Source: Octopus bimaculoides (lineage: Eukaryota). From it: DNA of 63,899 nucleotides. Both the position numbers and the translations under genes were made by a program. A model generated the notes under the pieces. That model worked only from the letters and a program-made list of their open reading frames with translations, did no database searches and was not told the origin of the DNA. Below are positions 1 to 13,661 of the stretch, one piece after another (within the stretch, counting starts at the first letter, position 1; each line of letters opens with the position of its first letter). Location: the NCBI RefSeq assembly GCF_001194135.2, contig NC_068989.1, positions 28,973,515 through 29,037,413 on the forward strand. The letters are read 5' to 3'.

Positions 1-617
1 TATATACCCTTTATTCTGGGTATTGTTAAGTAAGTTGATATCATGTAGGACCAGAGGGGATTTCATGTGGATTGCTATAGAAATAGTTTACTTGGACAGA
101 CATTTCGAAACAATGTTACCATTTCTGCATTTCTTGGTAGGACAGCCTGCTAGAAATGACAGTCAAATCTCCCTTCACTAAAATTCTCCCTTCTTGAAAA
201 AGAAACAACAGCAAGAATCATGAAGGCCAAGATATACAAAAGACGTGATTGGTCAACTGCTCAATTAGAGATGACTTCAGGTTGTAGGAAAGTGGTTATA
301 CACCATTAGGTGTACACCCGCTTTCCCATATTAAATTCTAAATAATAATGGAACGCAGAACTCTGAACTATCAACACAACAATATTTATTTATGGAGGAA
401 AATAGGCAGCTTTAATCTTGGTTGCTGAGACGCCGGAATGTTGTTGTGAGCTGTCCCCAGAGTTGGAATGTTGGAGAGACAGCTTGATATGACCACGCTC
501 ATGTGAGAGAGCTCTGTTGGACCTGTGTTACCTCTTCGCCGGCTGGCGAGAAAAGAGAATGAAAAGAGCGGGAACGTTTAGATGTTGAATTCCACGCATG
601 CGCATGGGACTCTTCTT

Positions 618-1265
618 NNNNNNNNNNNNNNNNNNNNNNNNNNNNNNNNNNNNNNNNNNNNNNNNNNNNNNNNNNNNNNNNNNNNNNNNNNNNNNNNNNN
701 NNNNNNNNNNNNNNNNNNNNNNNNNNNNNNNNNNNNNNNNNNNNNNNNNNNNNNNNNNNNNNNNNNNNNNNNNNNNNNNNNNNNNNNNNNNNNNNNNNNN
801 NNNNNNNNNNNNNNNNNNNNNNNNNNNNNNNNNNNNNNNNNNNNNNNNNNNNNNNNNNNNNNNNNNNNNNNNNNNNNNNNNNNNNNNNNNNNNNNNNNNN
901 NNNNNNNNNNNNNNNNNNNNNNNNNNNNNNNNNNNNNNNNNNNNNNNNNNNNNNNNNNNNNNNNNNNNNNNNNNNNNNNNNNNNNNNNNNNNNNNNNNNN
1001 NNNNNNNNNNNNNNNNNNNNNNNNNNNNNNNNNNNNNNNNNNNNNNNNNNNNNNNNNNNNNNNNNNNNNNNNNNNNNNNNNNNNNNNNNNNNNNNNNNNN
1101 NNNNNNNNNNNNNNNNNNNNNNNNNNNNNNNNNNNNNNNNNNNNNNNNNNNNNNNNNNNNNNNNNNNNNNNNNNNNNNNNNNNNNNNNNNNNNNNNNNNN
1201 NNNNNNNNNNNNNNNNNNNNNNNNNNNNNNNNNNNNNNNNNNNNNNNNNNNNNNNNNNNNNNNNN
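618..1265. other. Assembly gap (others: 12860-12959, 27344-27452, 36514-36860, 49173-49182)
   Basis: Runs of N. Confidence 1.
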
Positions 1266-1506
1266 AACATCCACTCTAACAGAGTCAAAATAAAACCGCG
1301 CTTGTTGATGTTGGTGTGTCCCTGGTGGTGGGGTTGTTGGCGCACGACATTGTGGTAGACAGTACATTGGTGGTGAAGATGTCGGCGCTGGAACTGGCTG
1401 TAGCTGTGTTCTGTATGTGTGGTGGTAATGATGTTGACAGTGGTGTGTGGTGTTTGAAAAGGTACGCTTTCTCAGACGGCCGACAGACACAATCTCTGTA
1501 CGACCA

Positions 1507-1689
1507 TTAGCGTCGACCTTGAAGAAATTTAACCCAAGACTGCGGGTTGGGCGAGGCGTGTAATGAAGCCTTAAATTGCCTATGAGAACGCTCAACCGTC
1601 CCATTAGAAGCGGGATGGTAGTTGTTGGTGCGTATCAGGAGAGAGAAATTCGACAGGGCGTCTATTTGAGAGGTACCGTTGAGTGGCAT
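1507..1689 (-). pseudogene. Gypsy integrase core fragment
   Basis: Translation matches the rve motif T-x-YHPxSNGxVERxHRQLKAxL of Gypsy integrases. Confidence 0.8.
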
Positions 1690-3121
1690 TGTGAAATGCT
1701 GTCATGAATTCGGAGACTGAAATGTAACTGTGCATTTTGCTGCTATTTTCAGCAAGTAGAGGACGCTGTGTAAGAATGAATTTACGTCTCGTGAAACATG
1801 TAGGAAATTGCTCAAAAAGTTGTTAGGATGAAATAACCGTGAAGTTTTTTGTGTGAAAAACCACAAAGGTCTTAGCTGAAAAGAAGTCTTTGGTTATAGG
1901 CTCTGGAAGTCATTGACAAAATGAAAAACTTTACCGTCGAAAAAATTTTCTTAGTTTTTCACTTGTGATAGATGAGAATGTAGAGGCAATCCTGAAGTTG
2001 GACGTCGCGAAACATACAAATTCAATAGCTGTTTAAAACGATGTCTGTGTTTGTTGTCGCGGAAATGAGTGTTACGTGTAAAGATGTGCAGTAAAAAAAA
2101 CATTGAAATAAGCAAAAAATGATAAACTTGGCTAGAAAGTGTCCTGGTCCTGAAAAACTAAAAGGTAGCATTTGAAATGTAAAAGTAGGTGCATGCAAAG
2201 AAAGTTCAATCTATGACTGTCGAAAAACGTTGCTCGTGTGGGCTTCCATAGAGTTATCCGGTTAGTTCTTGGTTGGATAGCTGTTCGAAATGCTGTATTT
2301 ATGTCAGCGGCTTCTCTGGTGGATCTGTGCATCGGGTTGCATTGCATTCTCTGGCAGGTCGAAAGTGAATTGTGGGTGTCCATTGTGTCGGTGAGACAGT
2401 CGAAAGAAAACTATGCAGAAAAAGTTGTTATTCTTGTCTTCGATGTGACGAGCATGTTGAGAGACAGGCGACGGCTCGTGTAGTATCGGTCGGAAATGCT
2501 GTAGAGTTAATATCTCACTGTGGTTTATTTGTGGTCTAGAGTTTCTTCGGCTGCGATTCTCGTCTTCGGGGTCACCAGTGTAAGAAATATCTGGGCTGCA
2601 GTTCATTCTTTTTAGTCGGGGTCACCAGTGTAAGAAATATCTTCTTTATTCAACCTTTAGGTTAAATAACTAATTCCTCACATCAAACTTTAAGGAAAAA
2701 TTTAAGAACGGATAACGCAGTCTCTAAACCAGAAACATAACAATATTTATTTATTGAGGAAAATAGGCATGGTTGCTGAGACGCCGGAATGTTGTGAGCT
2801 GTCCCCAGAGTTGTAATGTTGGAGAGACAGCTTGATACGACCACGCTCATGTGAGAGAGCTCTGTTGGACCTGTGTTACCTCTTCGCATTTCTTTCACTA
2901 ATAATGAAATCAGTTCAGAGGACAGGAAAACCAGGCACCTATTAAGAGTTTATATTCATGAAGTACTAAGAATATATATTAATTTAATTGATCTTACAAA
3001 AAGCAAAATGAAGCTTATTAAAGGTATTCTTTATTAATACTTATCTACAGAATTAGCTAGTTTTGTTTGAATAATCTATGATATTGTAGATATAATCTAG
3101 TTTTGCCACATCAATTTATAG

Positions 3122-3214
3122 GTAGAATTTGAAGATGGATCTGAATTAACTTTCAAACGAGAAGAATTATGGAAAGAAAATGAAGAATTGCCTCAATATG
3201 TTAAATCTCGATTG
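3122..3214 (+). CDS. KDM4: KDM4/JMJD2-like lysine demethylase, penultimate coding exon (Tudor C-terminus)
   Basis: AG at 3120-3121, GTGAGT at 3215; 93 nt phase 0-0; VEFEDGSELTFKREELWKENEELPQYVKSRL resembles KDM4A [31 protein letters not shown]. Confidence 0.88.
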
Positions 3215-4019
3215 GTGAGTTTTTTCTTAAATATGATTTTATGTCATTTTATCTGTGGTCTGCTTGAAATGGATGATAATTCTCATTCTACTACATTTTC
3301 CTATTGTAACATTACCAAGGATGTAGCAAAGTAAATCAAAAGATTCACTCTTCTGTAATATAAGCTACCTTGTTGCTTGTGGCTTCCACTGCAATTTTAG
3401 AAGTTCAGTGTAAAATACATGTACCCTTGCAGTTGTGACAGATGGTTCAAAATTTGTTTATTTCTGAGTTTCTTCGTTGTCTGCTTCTTCCATGATGGCA
3501 TGAATTGGATGAGACCTCTTAAGACAGTATTCTATAAGTGGATGCACTTCCTGATGGCAATCTTTACTTCCTTCTATACTTTTGCACATTAAATCACTGC
3601 CAAATGTGGGAGATAGAAACAATGGACTGCTGTTGTAACAGTGTCAATGCAAAGGCATGTGGATACAGACATACACACATGCATGGATAAGATAGTGTTG
3701 TTTTACACACACTGTTATAAGAAACTTTATAGGTTTACATGTTCAAGTTCAATCCCACTGCCTGGAACCTTGTGCAGCTAACTTCTACTATAGCCCTAGG
3801 CTGACCATAGCCTTGTGAGTGAACTTTGGTAGAGGTAAACTTGTTTCATATATTATTGTGCATGTCTGTGTTTGCATTTCTTGAAAAGTCACTAAGTGGT
3901 AATGTTATTGTCATTTTCCCTGTCAACAAAAACATTTACTGGCTTTGTGCCTTCAAAGAATAAGAGATCCTTTACTTGAAAAGCAAGTAAGGATTAGCAG
4001 CAAAAGGTTACAGTCATCT

Positions 4020-5222
4020 AGAAGATGCATGGAAGTGCCATTGTGAAAGGTTCTTAAATGTGGAGAATGCATGGGAGAAAGAGAGTTTTCAAATATAAAC
4101 TCAACTAAGTTAGGGATCAGCCATCAGAGTTGACAGCAGTATAATAGCTAAGACAATTAAGAATATGAAGACAGGGAAAGCATGTGGAAAAATGGATGTG
4201 ATATGAAACAAAGTGTTACATATGTATTGACTGTAACCTTCTGTTGCTACCATTTCTTTCTATGTTAGGATATTTTTCATTCACTGTTATATTATGTTTG
4301 TTAATCTATCATGAAGTTGTTTATATTGTTTTAGTTTTTGTCATAAAGTCCACTAATATCTGCTGAGATGCAATAAAGATAACATTTAACTGATGATTTA
4401 TTTGAACCTGTTCTTTCCATCTCTTCTAATGCTATCACATTGGATTGGTAGCAGTGGGCATAAATGGCATGCAATATTGAGTTACATTATGAGTTCCATT
4501 TCTGAAGAGGTCAACTTTATATTAAAACGATAGGACAGGACTCATCATTTAACGTCTTTCATGCTGGCATGGGTTGGAGGTTTGACTGGAGCTGGTGAGC
4601 CAGAGGATTGTACCAAGCTTCACTGTCTACTTTGGTCTTTTTTTAATGGTTGGACACCCTTCCTAGCGCTAGCCACTTTACAGAGTGGACTGGGTGCTTT
4701 TTACATGACACCGTCACCAGCAACATCTGCTTTGGCATGGCTTTTATAATTGGATTGCCCTTCCTAAATGTCAACAGAGTGGACTGGATGCTTTTTACAT
4801 GGTATCAGCAGGAGTGAGATCACCAAGGCAAAGATCCCTCGAGAAGGGGTAGTAGTATTGACGGAGGTGGCTTTGTGCCAGGTGATGAAAGGTTAGAATA
4901 TTACCTCCATATTTGTTTCTAAGGCATCATCTTGTAATAGCTATTACTACACCAGTCATTGGGGATGACATCTTCCTGGATAGCCTGACTAACTATACGA
5001 CTGATTAGGACATATCCACCAGGTATTTTAAGCATCTCAGTGGTGATTCCTGATGGTCCAGGAGGCTTTCCTTGTCTTCATATCCTTGTCTTAGCTATTA
5101 TACTGCTGTCAACTCTGATGGCTGAACCCTAACTTAGTTGAGTTTATATTTGAAAACTCTCTTTCTCCCATGCATTCTCCACATTTAGGAACCTTTCATA
5201 GTGGCACTTCCATGCATCTTCT
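4020..5222. mobile_element. RTE LINE fragments in opposite orientation plus an RTE-type 3' tail (~4545-4850, -)
   Basis: 4020-4181 (+) encodes GSAIRVDSSIIAKTIKNMKTGKA; 4920-5222 (-) is the same RTE segment continuing into GPSGITTEMLK. Confidence 0.75.
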
Positions 5223-5773
5223 CTGAACCTGTAAGTGCAAGCATACCAGTCATTATTCATTTGCACACATTTCTCACCCACAACATTTTGATATTGTTCC
5301 AACAAGAAATAGAAATAATATAATAGAGTTATTATATTTGGATCTCCTTGAGGTTAAAACAAGTTATTTTGCTAAGTTAAAATGATTATCCACCAATCCT
5401 GAACTTTAAATTGTTAACTACTGCTCTCCAACCCTTTTCAATACAATTTCCTTATGTTTGTAGAAGACAGTATTTGATACACTAACTGCAGCATGAAATA
5501 TCAATAGTTATAGCTCTACCCATCAATGGGATTACAAAGAAAAACATTTTTAGGGTTACTCTAATTTGATTAATAGCAATTTAGTTTTAAATTTCAAATC
5601 TCTTTTTTAATAGTTTACATTCTATGAATTGGTGTCAAGTTCTTTTGCCAAAATGGGAAATTGTGTATGTGTGTCAGAGTATGATTTTAACATATATTCT
5701 TTAGCATGCCTTTGTTATATCATTGGTGAGTATCTGCGTAGCATTAACAAGTCTTTCTCTTTCTGCATTTCAG

Positions 5774-5881
5774 TCTGTTGCAACAGAACGAAAATATGAT
5801 ATCTTCTATGTTGATGGGGTTATTTCAAAGAACCGGCGGCCGAAACCAAAGAATCGTTCCTATTCCATATATTCTTCATAA
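5774..5881 (+). CDS. KDM4: KDM4-like terminal coding exon
   Basis: Pyrimidine tract + CAG at 5771-5773; SVATERKYDIFYVDGVISKNRRPKPKNRSYSIYSS*; continues in frame and mirrors KDM4A ...KSRL|SVASDMRF. Confidence 0.8.
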   Translation, partial: SVATERKYDIFYVDGVISKNRRPKPKNRSYSIYSS

Positions 5882-8800
5882 CTTTTAACATCATACCCAT
5901 GTTCACTAATTACTTTGTAACATTTCCCATCAGTTTAATATTTAAATTTTGACTATTTTTGCTCTAATTTTAGTTCTTTTGCACCCCTGTTCAAACTTTC
6001 TATTTGTTTTGTGTACATTTCAGTATCAGTGGGAAGTTCAACAAATATATAATAGAGAGACTCCACCTCTAATTTCCAACACCTGGTTTTGCATCTTCTC
6101 TCTTCCACATGTGCAGAGAAGACTCCCCTCCCCCTTTTTTTATCTCCTTTTCAATTGGCTCTGTAATATTTATGTTGTACATCATAGCCATGTGCTCATT
6201 GTTTAACTAGCAATACAACTATACAGAACTGAAGTTAAGATGATCACTGATTTATTGCTCAACCACAAGTCAATCATTTCTTTGGATCAGGACTCTTAAA
6301 AGACCTTTTGTAAATTTGTAGAAGAAATATCTTGAGTGAAAAGAAAAAGAAAAACTCTCTATTACAAGAATCCCTCCCTCTTCATTATATAAAAGGCAGC
6401 AACATCATTACCAGTTCATTCCACATACATTTCACCACTTCCCACATCTTCTGACATTTGATGCTGCTTCAACCATATGATGTGCATGTGTAAATATAAC
6501 TGTACTCTTTCTCAAGAAATGAAGCATTGTTAATAATTTTGAGAAAACTCAGTTTTTATTACAAATAATAACAAATATGGCATTGTTAGTGTAGCAAACC
6601 CAGGTTAATAAATTTTGAAGCAAAAAAGGCAAATATCCTTGAGGTATATTAGTGTGAATTATGTGGCAGTCTATCCTAAAAGAGGAACCTGCTTTGAAGG
6701 AAACCGATTTCTTCTCACAGCACACTAACATGCCTTCTTTATTTTTCTTTTGTGAATTGATTCTTGCCAACTCAGACCACTACTTCTCTCTTGGAATTCT
6801 AGTAATTATATTTAAAGTTGTAACTTTTATTAGAAGAGGGATACATTTAGAAAAATTCTATAAACAAAATCAATTAAAAAGTGTGATGAAAATTTACTCA
6901 AGAGGTTCTTTTTCTTATTAGTGGTCAACCTTCTGAAAAAAAAAATAAAATAAAAATAAGGCCCACCAATTCTGTATTCTCAGTGCTGATGGTTTTATTG
7001 CTAAAAATATTAATACAAAAAAAAACTACTAACCACAAAGATCTTAACAGAATGTCTTGTTTTACCTTAAAAAAAAAAAAAGAAAAAACATTTGATATGT
7101 TTCTGTGCTTTCTTGTTTTGTTTTTCTACATTAAGGAATAACAAAACAAAAACAAAGTGAGAACAGGAATTTTTCATTAGACTCTGCCTTATATGGCAAG
7201 AGCACAATATTGTAGTACAGCTATTTGCAAATCCCAACTCTAACTATTTCACCTCACTTTTGTTTACTAATATCACAATTTGAATAATCTCTTTCCTTAA
7301 AGACCAATTTCACACAACAAACTGTTGAAGTAGTGAGGGTAGAGAGAGAAGAAACAGCAAAAGGGCATGTTTGTGAGTCATTGATTGTCACATGTTTGTA
7401 AATTTTGCCAATCAACTGACTGATCTTTTGAATGCTTTCTGTTATGTTTGTGTGCACAATACCCCAGTCTGAGCTTTATGTGAACTTTGTAGGGGTCCAG
7501 CAATGTATCAGTATTTCTTGGCTACACTTATAAAAATGTATTAGTGAGATTAGAAATTGATAGGCATAACATTTGTAGCAAATTTTAAGATTTTACTATG
7601 TAAAGTGTGTATGTGAGAGGGAGAGAGATACCAGACCATGTCTTGCACTTTGTGGCATGAATTGTCTACCTATGTAAGGTTGGCACTTGTCACAGGTCAA
7701 TGCTGATTCAATCAAATGTATTCCAGTTATGACCAACCTATCTTTTTGCTTCCTTCATTAGCTAATGTGTCCTTCCTGTTTTTAAGAAAGTAGCATGGAG
7801 TTTTGGCTGTTCTGTCTGGCACATCAGGCAATTATGTAGAAGTTCTTTTAGTGGTTTGAAATAGGTGTTGTTAAGAAGACATCAAAGTTGTTAGCATGTT
7901 GGGAGAAACCACAATTATTAGCAGAGAGACCACTACTAGCACAAGCTAGCAGAGAGGAGTCACAGGACAATCCAATGGAGGTTCTCCATATGGTCAATAG
8001 TTTTGATGGTATTGTTTTGCCACTGTTGTGGGAAAGAATGAGAGGTGCTTGAAGTTTTGGTGGTGCTAAAAGGTAGAGTGGTTTGCAGAATCAAAGATAT
8101 TCTCATTGTTTCTTGCTGGAGGAAGAAAAAGTATTGAAAAGTATTTTGAGGACAGAAATAATCTCCAATGTGTATAATAGAAAGGACACCTGCAAGTTTG
8201 GCCTCTTAATAGGGTGGGGGTGATTAAGGGTATAGTGATATTACATTTGAAATAGGTGCGCTTGAAGCAAAATGGACAGCAAGTGTGGTAGCTTCATCAG
8301 GTAGGAATATTACTGCATAATTAGAAGAGGCCATCATGCCGATTGATCAGGTTTTGTTGCAATTTGGAGGTGTGGCATCTTTTGCTTTTATGATTGTCAT
8401 TGTTACAGTGGAGGTAAATAACTTTCAGTTGTTAAATTTAACATGTGTCCTTATTTTCAGACATAAAGTAAATCATCTTGTACATCCTTTCATTTTTAAG
8501 ATGATAGGATATTTTATTTAAGAGATAATGTGGCTACTGTTTTTAGCACTGGTAACTTTATTCAATGACAAAATTATAGTATCACAGACAACATTAAAGA
8601 GTTATGGACTAGTAGAAATTGTTGAGTGACTGACTAAATACTTTGAAGTCCTTAACTCCATTCTTTTGTGTTTTTAACTGGAATTTGTTCAGGGTTCATC
8701 CCTTTAATCCATAGTTATTGTAGTCTTAAGTTAGTCAAACGCACACATGATGTAAGTCATTCCAGCTGTCTTTGGCCAATGGCTGTTATTTCTGGCAAAT

Positions 8801-11800
8801 CAAACAACAACAGAAAGGTGACAAAATAGGTTTGAGGAATTAAATACTGGTGACCATTTTCTGGACATTCTGTTACCAACACAAGAAAAATCATTAATTA
8901 AAAACAAACTAAAACAAAATTTTCTAGAAAGAGAGACAACAAAACAGAAAGTAATTGGTACAGCATGACATGTTTATTTCAACTTTGAAATCACTTCTTC
9001 AAATTATCTCCATCCTCTTTTTCTGCTATTAATTTTTTCCCTCCCAAAAGTCAATTTCTAATAATAAAAAAGAAAAGAGAGAAACTTGAGTACCATTTGT
9101 CTTTAACGGACATTTTGCTGCCAAAAATTTGAGAGAGAGAGATGGTACCCCCCCACCAGTTAAGACCAAAAATACAACGGGTTTTCAAATAATAAACTAT
9201 AACAGCTTGTCTGTCAAATTAAATAAAATTTAAGAGGAATAACAAAAGTTCTTTTTTTAAAGAGAATGGCATTTTTGCTTTAACTAATTAAATTGAGAGC
9301 ATCTGATCAGGTTTGTCTGATTGTTGTTGATGGGAAAAAAATGTATAATAATATATATAATTATATAACAATGTATTTACATATGTAAAATATAGAGAGC
9401 TGTGTAAGCAACCAGATCTTGACACATACACTTTCTCCCTCTATTTTTATATATGTGCAAACATAGAGAGAGACAATAATTGGGGAATGAGTTGCAACAA
9501 ACATCCATACAGCACCTCCATGTCTGTGCACGCACCTCACAATTTCATTTACACACACACTAAAAGTGTAATAGTTGTCACACATACATACACACAAGCT
9601 CCAAGACAGTAGTGGTATATCCCTTAGTAAATGTTTTTGTTTTACTTAGTTATTTTAATGAAATATTTGTCTTACAAAATTTAAAAGGATTAATTTATGG
9701 CCCTTAGGATTAAATGTTAAAATAAAATTATTTGAAACAAGTAAAATCTAATATTTTTGTTTCCTGCAATTTTATCTCAATAAGTGTTTAACAATCTAAT
9801 GGAATGAAGACTGAACATTTTGTTAACGATATACATGTATATATATATGTGTGTGTGTGTATACATACATAGATAGCTATATATGTGTGTATACATACAA
9901 ATATGCATATATACATATATGTATACATACACATACATATATAATTTATTCAACAACTGTATATCACAGCCTCTCCCATTTAAGAAATAACAGTAACAAA
10001 AACAATGTTAACAGCATTTTCATCTAACTTAGATCTCTCGGAAGACTCCTCTTCACATGGTTGGAAATTAGTTGTCAATTAAACTTAAGACAAATTAATG
10101 AGTTTCTATACCTTAAGTTTTGGTATAGGAAAAAGGGAATGGAGGGAGAGGGATATATTCCATGATAAAGGCTGCCTGGGTTTATTTAGAGAAAAAGCGA
10201 GACTCCTGGTGAGGTGGTAGGCAGAATAATATTCTCCCTTTCATCAACACATCACACTGTTTTCTTCAAAGTGTTATTATTTAAAGGACACCTGACTCAT
10301 ACAAATTTATCAAAAACGGTTTGCAAGGCAAGGTTGTTTATCTGTTGTCCTAAGGGAGCAGAATGGAAGGACAAAATGGATTTTAAAGATTCACCTTCCA
10401 AATCTTCCAGGTTAGAAAAATCACAGGAATGAAATTAACTTTTAGTTAAAAATAATTCTCTTTTAATTTCCTTTAATTTTGACAAAAAAAAAAAAAATTA
10501 AAAAAATTATTTTTAAAATTTGTATGCAGCAATAACAATAAAATTAGTGGACTGTTTTTTTTGCATTCCAAATAAATCATAACATTAGTGCAGCAGGCTG
10601 AGGAAGGACACTGAGGGCCATCTCTGCTTGCTGCACAAATATAACAAAGATAAGAAAGAAGAGCAGCATTGAGAAGATGATAGCTGAGTGAGTTAGTAAA
10701 TTAGTACTGCTATGAGCAGCAATCTGTAGAGTAATCAGTGCTTTGATTGGCACAACATTTTTCATTATCACTTCTCCTTTCAAACATTTGGAGAGAAAGA
10801 ACAGGCAAGGGTACCTTTAGATGTTTAGAAAGAAAAAAAATACTAAATCTATTTTACAATGAATAACAATAATAACATTATTATTATTATTAATAAAAAT
10901 AATGACATAAAATTGAAAAGGTATCTTGCCCAATGGTTATAATGATACTAGAGCCATTCTTAACAGCAAACAATAACTGATTCTTCGTGTAGAATTTTCC
11001 TTTTCGCTCTTGATTGTTTTGTCAGAAAATAATTTGAAATGTTTGTCTCGAGGCACGTTATTTCTGAACCTTCCATTTTCACTTAATTCCATTTGCCTCA
11101 TGGGTAAACAGAGTACAACAAACACACATACACACGCAAAGAACTTAGGGGTTCTTTGTCTCATCAGCATAAATGCTAACAGAGAGTGAAATGAAATGGT
11201 TTGATTTATTACTTACATTTCTCACCTTATTTTAAAAAATATACTTGGTATATTTCTTCTATCAAATTAGACAACCAAAGTGTTGAATTGTTCAGTGAAA
11301 GAATTGGCAATAATTGGGAAGTTAACTTTCTTAGTTTTTGTTTTTATTTGTTTACTTCTAAATATTTGGCAATTTTATTTGGGTTTTAGTTTTTTAAAAT
11401 CATTTTCTGTTAAATATAAGATTTGGAGAGTAGAAAAGAGACTGGAGTGGCATTTCTTGTAAGGGTGAGGGATAAAGTGGGGTTGGATATTGTTTCAGTG
11501 ATAGATATAATACAAATCTGTTTTATGGAGAGATTTAGGTGATCACAATTTCATCATCAGAATGACCAAATAGCTGAAGCATGAAATATTGATAATTGTA
11601 GCTGAACCCAATGATGAACTAAAAGAAAAGTTGGATTACAAAGAACTGGAGGAAGGCAGTGGGCAGCTTAAGAAAAAGAGAGAGAAGGTGTTGATTGAGC
11701 TCTGTTTAAAATGTTTGAGATATTGAGTTCTTGGAAGAATGCCGAGGCAGTCCAGTCAAACAGACCTCTGTAAAGAAGAAAAGTTAGAGAGAGAGAGTTA

Positions 11801-11989
11801 AAAACCAAGGAGACCCTCCTGCGGTTGCAATGTGCCCCATTAGAGGTATAACTCATCATTGTTTTCCAATGGGAGCTGAAAGAAACAAGCAGTTGGCAGT
11901 ACCCCATTGAAGACCTGCTTCTCTCTTGGGTAGATTGGCACTGACCAGGCTTGTATCGGGAAGCTTTGCTAGATTTGAGGTTATTAAAT

Positions 11990-12005
11990 TCATGGCCGAT
12001 GAAAC
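11990..12005 (-). CDS. PHACTR: PHACTR terminal coding exon (R)FHRP*
   Basis: Minus strand ttttctttccag|G TTT CAT CGG CCA TGA; phase 2 matches the preceding exon; FHRP* is the canonical PHACTR C-terminus. Confidence 0.92.
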
Positions 12006-12454
12006 CTGGAAAGAAAAAAAAAATTGATAGAAAGTGACATTCGTTTAAAATCTGTGGTGACTTGTAAACTTGAGATAATTTAATATTTAGTTCTTTTGAA
12101 CTAAATCAGTGACAGGAAGCCCCTCTACAGATGCAATTAAAAGTCAACTAAAGCTCTGCAAGTCAATACTTGTTTTGTTTTAACTGATATAAAGTTTGGA
12201 ATAGTGTCAAAACAGACATAACAGAAGTCTGATAATGATGAAGAATTAGCTGCTTTTATTATTGGTAAGTAAATGAGTCTCATGTTGGTCTGAACAATAA
12301 ATACTGCAGCTGTTTGGTCAGTGGAACTGGCCCTTAACAGTTACATCTGCTCAATAGCTTTCACACTTGGTAAGGGGTAAACTGGAGATTGATTGATAGA
12401 GGAGTAATTTCTTGATCTTCAACCATGACCTGTGTCCACCTAGTACCTTTTACC

Positions 12455-12810
12455 TGTTTCAATCATTTAGACTGCAGCCATGCTGGGGCACCACCTTCCA
12501 TTTTTAGTAGAATGAATCGACTTATTTTTTTAAGCCTGATACTTATTCTAGCGGTATCTTTTGCCGAACTGCTAAGTTACAGGGACGTAAACAATAATGC
12601 TGGTTGTCAAGTGGTGATAGAGGGATACAAGCACAGACACACACACATATATAAACAATGAGCTTCTTTCAGTTTCCATCTACCAAATCCACTCACAGGC
12701 TTTGGTTGACCCGAAGCTATAGTAAAAGACACATGCCCAATGTATCACACAGTGAAACTGAACCCAGCAAAGTTGAGGTTGAGAAGCGAGCTTCTTCACC
12801 CAGCTACTCC

Positions 12811-12816
<6 letters not shown>
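12455..12816 (-). mobile_element. tRNA-derived octopus SINE, near full length
   Basis: Reverse complement of the element at 33945-34340 (head gcacaggagtagctggg..., tail ...gactgaaac). Confidence 0.8.
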
Positions 12817-12846
<30 letters not shown>

Positions 12847-12959
12847 TATATATATATATNNNNNNNNNNNNNNNNNNNNNNNNNNNNNNNNNNNNNNNNN
12901 NNNNNNNNNNNNNNNNNNNNNNNNNNNNNNNNNNNNNNNNNNNNNNNNNNNNNNNNNNN

Positions 12960-13002
<43 letters not shown>

Positions 13003-13661
13003 CCAGAGAAGTAAATTTAACATGTCTTTAGTGACCAGTTACAATTGTTTCTGTACCAACTCTGCTTGCAACGCCAGTTAATGATAAAGTTCGAAGTGAT
13101 AATTTATGCAATATTTGTGGTTTTAGACATTTGAGTGGCACTTTATCAGACATGCATCAAAGGTCTTTCCCATTTGTCTCTTTAATGTTGTCACTAGTGG
13201 TAAACTGAAATAGTTCTATACTCATGAAATTTGATACTGGTGACTACATACTGGCCATTCCGAAAATTTACCCCTATCTTTCATCCAAACACACTGATTA
13301 GCTCTCTTTTGCTTTTACTGTACCTCCTTCCTCCTCACTTTCATATTTGTCGTAATCATGTCCTTGTTTTCTTTCTTCTTCTTCTATATCATTTTCTTTT
13401 CACATGCTCTCTATACTAAATATTCAACCCCCTAACCATACTTTTATTTGCATTTTTTTTTTTACTCCCGATATAAGCAAAAACAATATCTGGAAGTTGC
13501 ACAGTGTAAGAGCAGACTTTTAATGCAAGTCTGATGAAATGCCACTAATGTCTAAAACTGCAAATATTGTGTAAATTTTCAACTGGTGGTGCAAGCAGAG
13601 TTGGTACAGAAACAATTGTAACTGATCATTAAAGATGTTTTAAAGTTATTTCCTTCTCTTC

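Larger units (their letters stand above)
283..2890 (-). mobile_element. Internally deleted Gypsy-type LTR retrotransposon in a KDM4 intron
   Basis: ~160 bp direct repeat at ~374-540 and ~2730-2887 (LTR copies). On -, LTR end ...CTTACA is followed by PBS TGGTGACCCCGA (2616-2627). Integrase remnant NNYHPASNGTVERSHRQFKASL at 1507-1689. No RT/RNase H visible; left LTR runs into the gap at 618-1265. Confidence 0.75.

Noticed and set aside
528-1604. Long ORFs of 231-358 aa (also 36407-37394, 12658-13081, 27293-27631)
   Set aside because: They run through N gaps; length is artefactual.
10577-10783. 68 aa hydrophobic ORF in the intergenic/UTR interval
   Set aside because: No recognisable homology or splice support; expected by chance in T-rich sequence.
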